This document shows, piece after piece, positions 7,856 through 13,341 of a DNA stretch of 13,341 nt (position 1 is the stretch's first letter; every line of letters begins with the position of its first letter). The DNA lies in assembly GCA_964615185.1 (NCBI GenBank), contig CAZTOS010000063.1, positions 1 to 13,341 of the forward strand, read 5' to 3'. This DNA is from an uncultured Thermococci archaeon (GTDB lineage: Archaea > Methanobacteriota_B > Thermococci > Thermococcales > Thermococcaceae). A program made the translations under genes and the position numbers. Below the pieces are notes generated by a model. The model ran no database searches. It saw only the letters and a list, made by a program, of their open reading frames with translations, and had not been told where the DNA came from.

Positions 7856-9146
7856 AGGAATTGGCAACAGTGATAAGGCCAAGAGTTGTCAGCTTGTGAG
7901 TTATTGGGTTTTTGAGAATGGGCAGTGGGTTGAGAAGAGCGAATCCAGAGTTTGGTGGTATTGCCAAGAACCTGAAAAAGCCAAGGATTTTGATGGGTTT
8001 GCCTTCAGGGAAATGTCTTATGGATTGTTCAAAAAGCCTGATGTTAGGATTCTACATCAAGCTGCAAGGGATTTAGCTGATTTGGTGGGGATTGACGAGC
8101 TTCATGGCAAATTCTCAACAAATCTGCCTTCTTACGGAGGAATGTTTATTAACGAGGAGAAAGGATTAATCTTTGTGTACGTGAAGAACGAAAAAGACAA
8201 GGAAAAAATCAAACAAGTATTAGGAAAATATAGGGGAAAAGTAAACATAGTGTTCCTTAAGGGAAGATACAGCTTTGACCAGCTAGTAAAGTGGAAAGAA
8301 AAGGCAAGAAAACTTTTTAGAATCAGAGAACTTGAAGTTACAATGCTTGACGCCGATGAAGCCCACAACACTTTAACAATTGGTTTAGCGAACGTAACAT
8401 CAGAAAAACTGAAACTTCTTGAAAACGAATTAGAAAAACTCGGGATACCAAAAGAAGCCGTAAGAATAGAAAAGAGGAATCCTGGTATGCCCACTTTATC
8501 ACCAACTGATGAATTTGATCCTCTCATTGGTGGAAGTAAAATAACTGCTCCTAGAGGATCACGTACGCTAGGATTTACATCCAAAATTAACGGAGAAGAT
8601 TATTTTGTAACAGCTGCACATTGTGCGGAATTTGGAGTAACTGGAAAACCAGTGTATCAACCTTGGGGTATTGGTTCATGGCGTAAAGTTGGAATCATTA
8701 TAAAGAATCCACCCTTAAGTTCAAATTTCCCTTCGAGACTTACGGATAGCATGTTAGTCAAAGTTTCGGGAAGGGATATTGATCACAAGGTTTACTCAAA
8801 TTGGAATGTTGTCGGAACTGCAGAAAGTTACGTAGGAGCTTATGTTTGTAAGATGGGAGTAGCTACATACACAACATGTGGATACATAACAGAAACACAC
8901 AGTTCAATTGGTATAGACAGAGATAATGACGGATACACTGACTATTGGCTCTTTGATGTTGGTATAACTTGTTGTATGGATAGGGATGAAGGCGATAGCG
9001 GTGCTCCTGTCTTTTATGAATCGTGCTACACAAACGACATCAGTATCGTTGGCATACTAAACGGTAGATACTATGATGGGATATATTACAGTGAAATTGA
9101 TGGTATATTCACAGAACTTGGCAATATGGAGGTGTCTTGGAGTTGA
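7791..9146 (+). CDS. Secreted S1-family (alpha-lytic/streptogrisin-like) serine protease with a long prodomain
   Basis: Signal peptide MRLKLLSFLLLSLLVLSSFGSA. Motifs TLGF, YFVTAAHC (His codon 8619), TDSMLV (Asp 8745), VCKMGVATYTTCG and GDSGAPVF (Ser 8997). Start ATG 7791 follows GGTGA at 7781-7785. Confidence 0.9.
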   Translation: MRLKLLSFLLLSLLVLSSFGSAGIGNSDKAKSCQLVSYWVFENGQWVEKSESRVWWYCQEPEKAKDFDGFAFREMSYGLFKKPDVRILHQAARDLADLVGIDELHGKFSTNLPSYGGMFINEEKGLIFVYVKNEKDKEKIKQVLGKYRGKVNIVFLKGRYSFDQLVKWKEKARKLFRIRELEVTMLDADEAHNTLTIGLANVTSEKLKLLENELEKLGIPKEAVRIEKRNPGMPTLSPTDEFDPLIGGSKITAPRGSRTLGFTSKINGEDYFVTAAHCAEFGVTGKPVYQPWGIGSWRKVGIIIKNPPLSSNFPSRLTDSMLVKVSGRDIDHKVYSNWNVVGTAESYVGAYVCKMGVATYTTCGYITETHSSIGIDRDNDGYTDYWLFDVGITCCMDRDEGDSGAPVFYESCYTNDISIVGILNGRYYDGIYYSEIDGIFTELGNMEVSWS

Positions 9147-10381
9147 AAAGACTCTTCCTTCTAATCCTTCTTTTCCTTTTGATGTTCTTGATATCCACAT
9201 TCTATATCTTCCCCTACGTGAAGGAGAGAACTGCATACTTTGCAGTGAACGTTTACTATCCGGGTGAGCTTGAATATAAAGGCTATGAAATTGAAGGGGA
9301 TAAAATTATCTTTAAGTTTGAGGTTAAAGAAAGGAGTAACGAGATTATCAGGAACCGTGCCTTTCAAAGGATAATTAAACTTTTTGGAAAGAGTCCCTGG
9401 GATGTGCCTGGTGTTTACGTATCTATCAATGGAAAAACATTCAAAGCATATTTTGGGGTAAGTGATTTTGTGACTATAAGCTATTGCGCTTCGCCCTATG
9501 ATATGGAAGAACTTGTCGAAATCTACACTCCAAACGGATATCAAGTTAAAGAGATCTCTCTTGAAAACAAAAGTTTAGTTATATCACTTGAAAAAGGCAA
9601 TCAAACAAAACCAAAAATTGTGAGATATGAATCTTTAGCTTGGATACTGAGGCATAATCGGATAAAAGTGGTTTATGTGAGTGAAAACAAAATGTGGGAT
9701 GGTATGGTTGGAGATAAAGGTCCCAAATGTCCCGTTGTCATTTTACCCAAGGAAAACGTTGAGAATATGCATCAAACTAATTATTCTACTCTTAACTCGT
9801 TGAATGATAATATTAGTATTTCATATAAAAAAGCATATTTCACACTCTTCCTTTACTATCCAGGTGAAGCAAAATACGTAGGCTATGAAATCACAAATAA
9901 CAGTATACTCTTCAAATTTGAACACCTCTCAGAAAATGTCTCTTTAAAGCTCATTAAAGTAAAGGAGCTCATCGAATTTCAAGACGAACCAGACGTTAGG
10001 GTTCTCGTGTTTGTCAATGGAACTCCAGAATTCATTAATGTGGTAAAAGGTCTCGGACAGCCAACACTACCACCACGCTATTTTTATCATGCCTCTCCTC
10101 TTGATCTCGAAACCATAGCGATAATTCTTCCTCCAGAGAACTCAACGGTACAAGGAATAAGCTTTGAAAATGGGACCTTATTTATTAATTGTTTAAGGAG
10201 TGAAGGAATACATGGAAAAATAATCTCATCAGAAATAATAAAAGAACACCGCAAAGAGATTTTCGAGGATAAAATAGTCTTTGTAATAGATAATAACAAC
10301 AAGATGATTAAAGTTAAAGGCTGTGCAACATACAGTGGAGAAAAAACACCACCCCTAATAACATTATGCAATAAAAACTGA
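9143..10381 (+). CDS. Membrane-anchored extracellular protein with a tandem ~200 aa duplicated domain
   Basis: N-terminal TM helix and 9 sequons. Repeats AYFAVNVYYPGELEYKGYEI (from 9233) and AYFTLFLYYPGEAKYVGYEI (from 9833). TTG 9143 is preferred over 9137 because GGAGGTG at 9128-9134 is properly spaced and it gives a TTGA overlap with the protease stop. Confidence 0.85.
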   Translation: MKRLFLLILLFLLMFLISTFYIFPYVKERTAYFAVNVYYPGELEYKGYEIEGDKIIFKFEVKERSNEIIRNRAFQRIIKLFGKSPWDVPGVYVSINGKTFKAYFGVSDFVTISYCASPYDMEELVEIYTPNGYQVKEISLENKSLVISLEKGNQTKPKIVRYESLAWILRHNRIKVVYVSENKMWDGMVGDKGPKCPVVILPKENVENMHQTNYSTLNSLNDNISISYKKAYFTLFLYYPGEAKYVGYEITNNSILFKFEHLSENVSLKLIKVKELIEFQDEPDVRVLVFVNGTPEFINVVKGLGQPTLPPRYFYHASPLDLETIAIILPPENSTVQGISFENGTLFINCLRSEGIHGKIISSEIIKEHRKEIFEDKIVFVIDNNNKMIKVKGCATYSGEKTPPLITLCNKN

Positions 10382-10400
10382 ATACTGAATCTCACTCACA

Positions 10401-10410
10401 CTTTTTTTAT
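10401..10410 (+). terminator. Oligo-T terminator of cassette 2
   Basis: T7 run at 10402-10408, about 20 nt after the stop codon. Confidence 0.5.
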
Positions 10411-10480
10411 CATCCAACAATTGTTCAAAACCCATGGTCTATTTAACAAGTGCCGATGTATGACTCGGCAAATTGATAAG

Positions 10481-10494
10481 AGAAAAGTTATAAC
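10481..10494 (+). promoter_or_regulatory. BRE/TATA promoter of acdA
   Basis: AGAAAAG followed by TTATAA, about 50 bp upstream of ATG 10540. Confidence 0.65.
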
Positions 10495-10539
10495 TGATTT
10501 TTCAGATTAACCTTTGTAAAGTTTATTGGGGTGAAGGAA

Positions 10540-11928
10540 ATGAGTATTGAGGCACTATTTAAGCCAAAAAGCGTTGCCGTCATTGGAGCGTCTGGGAAGC
10601 CAGGGAAGATAGGTTATGCCATTATGAAGAACCTTATTGAGTACGGCTACGAAGGAAAAATATACCCGGTTAATATCAAAGGTGGAGAAATTGAGATAAG
10701 TGGGAGAAAATTCAAGGTTTACAAGAGCATTCTTGATATTCCCGATGAGGTTGATATGGCTGTTATCGTTGTTCCAGCCAAGTTCGTTCCTCAGGTCGTC
10801 GAGGAATGCGGTAAGAAAGGGGTCAAAGTATTGCCTATCATAAGCTCGGGATTCGGTGAACTTGGACCAGAAGGTAAAAAAGTCGAAGAGCAGCTTGTAG
10901 AGACAGCACACAAGTATGGAATGAGGATTCTCGGCCCAAACATTTTCGGTGTTGTTTACACGCCAACAAAACTCAACGCCACATTTGGTCCAACCGATGT
11001 CCTCCCCGGAAAGCTCGCCTTCGTCTCCCAGAGCGGTGCTCTTGGAATAGCCCTTATGGGATGGACAATCCTTGAGAAAGTTGGCCTCTCAGCCCTCGTG
11101 AGCATTGGAAACAAGAGCGATATTGACGATGCTGACCTCTTGGAGTACTTTAAGGATGATGAAAACACAAAGGCAATTCTCATTTACATGGAAGGTATCA
11201 AGGATGGTAGAAAATTCATGAAGGCTGCAAAAGAGGTCAGCATGAAGAAGCCAATCATAGTCATCAAGGCTGGAAGAAGTGAGAGAGGTGCAAAGGCAGC
11301 AGCATCACACACAGGCAGCTTGGCAGGTGCTGACAGCATCTACACCGCAGCATTCAAGCAGAGCGGTGTTTTGAGAGCATTAACAATTGGCGAAGCTTTC
11401 GACTGGGCAAGAACACTCAGCAACTTACCGGAACCATCAGGAGATAATGTCGTCATAATCACAAACGGTGGTGGAATTGGAGTTATGGCAACAGATGCCG
11501 CTGAAGAGGAAGGACTTCACCTCTATGACAACCTCGAAGAGCTTAAGGTCTTTGCAAATCACATGCCACCATTCGGAAGCTACAAGAACCCAGTTGACTT
11601 GACCGGTATGGCAGATGCAAAGGCTTATGAAGGTGCTGTTAGAGACGCTTTAGCTCATCCAGAGATGCATGCAGTAGCTGTTCTCTACTGTCAGACCGCT
11701 GTTTTAGATCCAAGAGATTTAGCAAGAATAGTCATTGATGAGTACGAAAAGAGTGGAAAGAAGAAGCCAATAGTTGTTGCAATCGTCGGTGGAATTGAGG
11801 CAAAGGAAGCAATTGACATACTCAACGAGAACGGCATCCCAGCATATCCAGAACCAGAGAGGGCCATCAAGTCATTAGCCGCTCTGTACAGATGGAGCAA
11901 GTGGAAGGCAAGCAAGAGGAAAGAGTAA
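10540..11928 (+). CDS. acdA: Acetate--CoA ligase (ADP-forming) alpha subunit
   Basis: LFKPKSVAVIGAS, RILGPNIFG, SQSGALG, GNKSD, phospho-His motif ASHTGSLAG, TNGGGIG and NPVDLTG. 462 aa from ATG 10540 with GGGGTGA RBS. Confidence 0.95.
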   Translation: MSIEALFKPKSVAVIGASGKPGKIGYAIMKNLIEYGYEGKIYPVNIKGGEIEISGRKFKVYKSILDIPDEVDMAVIVVPAKFVPQVVEECGKKGVKVLPIISSGFGELGPEGKKVEEQLVETAHKYGMRILGPNIFGVVYTPTKLNATFGPTDVLPGKLAFVSQSGALGIALMGWTILEKVGLSALVSIGNKSDIDDADLLEYFKDDENTKAILIYMEGIKDGRKFMKAAKEVSMKKPIIVIKAGRSERGAKAAASHTGSLAGADSIYTAAFKQSGVLRALTIGEAFDWARTLSNLPEPSGDNVVIITNGGGIGVMATDAAEEEGLHLYDNLEELKVFANHMPPFGSYKNPVDLTGMADAKAYEGAVRDALAHPEMHAVAVLYCQTAVLDPRDLARIVIDEYEKSGKKKPIVVAIVGGIEAKEAIDILNENGIPAYPEPERAIKSLAALYRWSKWKASKRKE

Positions 11929-12110
11929 TTTTCTGTCCTGTTTACTTTTATTCTTCTCGTTTTTCTAAGGCATTTTGAGAATTGGAAACCTAATTTGGCT
12001 TAAGTGGCTTTTATCAGAAAACTCAAATTCCAACAAAAAGTTTTAATATAATTGTGAAGATATGCTAATATATAAAATACCACGAACTAAAGGGAGAATG
12101 AGAGCTGTGA

Positions 12111-12563
12111 TTGGGGAGTGGGATAGTGAACTGGGAAAGAACCTTAGAAAATTATGAAAGAGCAAACCGAAGAATAGGGCGAACTTTTATTTTACTGGGA
12201 ACTGTAATCGCCGTGTTTGGAATTGTAAGCGTCTACCTGAATTTTGAATACCTCTGCATTCAAGCGTTTGGAACAATACCTCCAGATACCAACAGCGCTT
12301 TGGCTTTCATGGCATTTTCACTCCCCTACCTCTTCACAGGCATTGGACTTGGATTGTTGGGAATAACAATTGAGAGGAAACTGAACTTAAAGAATGCAAA
12401 AGTCCCTTTAGTTGTGTTGATATTTCTACCAGCCATTTATTCTGTAACAAAGTTTTCTCTGGCTTATCTAATGGGAACATACTACCCACCAATCAGCGTG
12501 CTTAGGGAAACCTTGCTAACAGCGGTTCTAATAGCGGGATATATACTTCTGAAAAGGGGATAA
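12111..12563 (+). CDS. Hypothetical 4-TM membrane protein
   Basis: Four hydrophobic segments. The true start may be GTG 12126, which follows GGGGAGTG. It ends 2 bp before the next gene. Confidence 0.75.
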   Translation: MGSGIVNWERTLENYERANRRIGRTFILLGTVIAVFGIVSVYLNFEYLCIQAFGTIPPDTNSALAFMAFSLPYLFTGIGLGLLGITIERKLNLKNAKVPLVVLIFLPAIYSVTKFSLAYLMGTYYPPISVLRETLLTAVLIAGYILLKRG

Positions 12564-12565
12564 AG

Positions 12566-13261
12566 ATGAAGAGCAAGAGCATTCTCATCCTCGTGATCTT
12601 AGCATGTGGCATTGTGATGTCTCCCATCTTTCAGTATGCATTAATTTCTATTGCAGAGCTCTTTGGATTAAGATTATCATTTTTCACGGCTTTTAGTATT
12701 TCCGCATTAGTTGTTTCATTACTTCCAGCATGGTATGTCAAAACCTACATTAAAGAGCATGACACTGCAATAAAAGCCTTCACAGTAACATTAATCCTCG
12801 CCTTCTCCATATCTTTCATACTATCACTCAGAACAGGTCCAAGTCCTCAAGCAGCAGCTTACCTTACCATACATCCAAGAGACAGACCCAGCTTTAATTC
12901 ACAAAATCATGAATGGCTCGAAGAATATCCCTTCCTTCCAAAAAACTACAATGGCTTATGGGCTGGGCAAGTTTTGGATTATTACATAGCAATCTACACG
13001 TGGCGCGAGAATCTTTTCTTGGGCGAATATCTATGCAGAAAAGCCTTCAACTCTGCAGAAAAAGAATTGAAATCCAAAGGATTCAAAGAATTGGACATAA
13101 CAATTCAGAGAAAAGCTTACAAGAAAGCTATTTTGTCAAACAAGACTACACTGATTTACATTGAATGTTCCGAAAAACTTGGATATCGGAGGCTGATTTT
13201 TCTCGTCGGAAATACCAACGAAACTGAAAAATTCCTCCGATTTATTGAAGATCTTAGATAA
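12566..13261 (+). CDS. Membrane protein with a C-terminal YIEC..RL domain; paralogue of 6789-7586
   Basis: Three hydrophobic segments, then WLEEYPFLPKNYNGLWAG ... IYIECSEKLGYRRLIFLVGNTNETEKFLRFIEDLR. Confidence 0.85.
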   Translation: MKSKSILILVILACGIVMSPIFQYALISIAELFGLRLSFFTAFSISALVVSLLPAWYVKTYIKEHDTAIKAFTVTLILAFSISFILSLRTGPSPQAAAYLTIHPRDRPSFNSQNHEWLEEYPFLPKNYNGLWAGQVLDYYIAIYTWRENLFLGEYLCRKAFNSAEKELKSKGFKELDITIQRKAYKKAILSNKTTLIYIECSEKLGYRRLIFLVGNTNETEKFLRFIEDLR

Positions 13262-13273
13262 AGAAGAGAGGCA

Positions 13274-13341
13274 TTAAATATCTTTCCCTATACCTACAAC
13301 TCTTCTAAGGATCAAAAACAGAAGGACAAGCATCAACATAA
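13274..13341 (-). CDS. Partial 3' end of a convergent membrane protein gene entering from the right edge
   Basis: The minus frame reads MLMLVLLFLILRRVVGIGKDI-stop, a hydrophobic helix followed by basic residues. Confidence 0.45.
   Translation of the reverse strand, partial: MLMLVLLFLILRRVVGIGKDI

Noticed and set aside
4367..10381. Integron cassette array, CRISPR array or mobile element as an explanation of the repeated modules
   Set aside because: No integrase or transposase, no attC-like palindromes, no terminal inverted repeats and no short regularly spaced repeats were seen; the repeat is a promoter plus coding leader.
4666..10395. Small or antisense ORFs inside the accessory block (e.g. 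4946-5137, 6758-6970, 8132-8584, 9161-9544, 10087-10395)
   Set aside because: They overlap longer ORFs that have motifs, RBSs and repeat structure, and show no independent coding evidence.
4268..11939. 12-bp direct repeat ATTTTCTGTCCT at 4268-4279 and 11928-11939 as a possible att site or target-site duplication
   Set aside because: 12-mer matches can arise by chance in 13 kb of AT-rich DNA, the interval would include housekeeping acdA, and no integrase or transposase is present.
10555..13164. ORFs 10555-10911, 10956-11183, 11691-11915 and 12913-13164
   Set aside because: They are shadows of acdA or of the 12566-13261 gene.

Overview
The window looks like Thermococcales (probably Thermococcus) chromosomal DNA; this is inferred from gene content, GGTGA/GAGGTG ribosome-binding sites and BRE/TATA promoters. 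The left part (245-3977) is core housekeeping: a YhbY/CRM RNA-binding protein, rps19e, a PDCD5-family DNA-binding protein, a hypothetical protein, TFB and a convergent FEN-1. A complete box C/D guide sRNA, not shown in the ORF track, follows on the minus strand (~4206-4263). An accessory block (~4367-10381) then lies between the sRNA and an ADP-forming acetyl-CoA synthetase alpha subunit gene (10540-11928). It holds two cassettes of parallel design, each starting with the same diverged ~231 bp promoter + RBS + signal-peptide module. In one the module is fused to a papain-fold (C10/C39-like) cysteine protease, in the other to an S1 chymotrypsin-fold serine protease. Each protease gene overlaps by 4 bp a membrane-anchored, sequon-rich partner gene built from a tandemly duplicated domain. 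The partner domain of cassette 1 recurs on two other membrane proteins with different N-termini (6789-7586 and 12566-13261). The best candidate for an undescribed system is a modular secreted-protease / cognate surface-partner (inhibitor or immunity-like) locus with spare partner genes; the architecture is seen in the sequence, but the function is inference.
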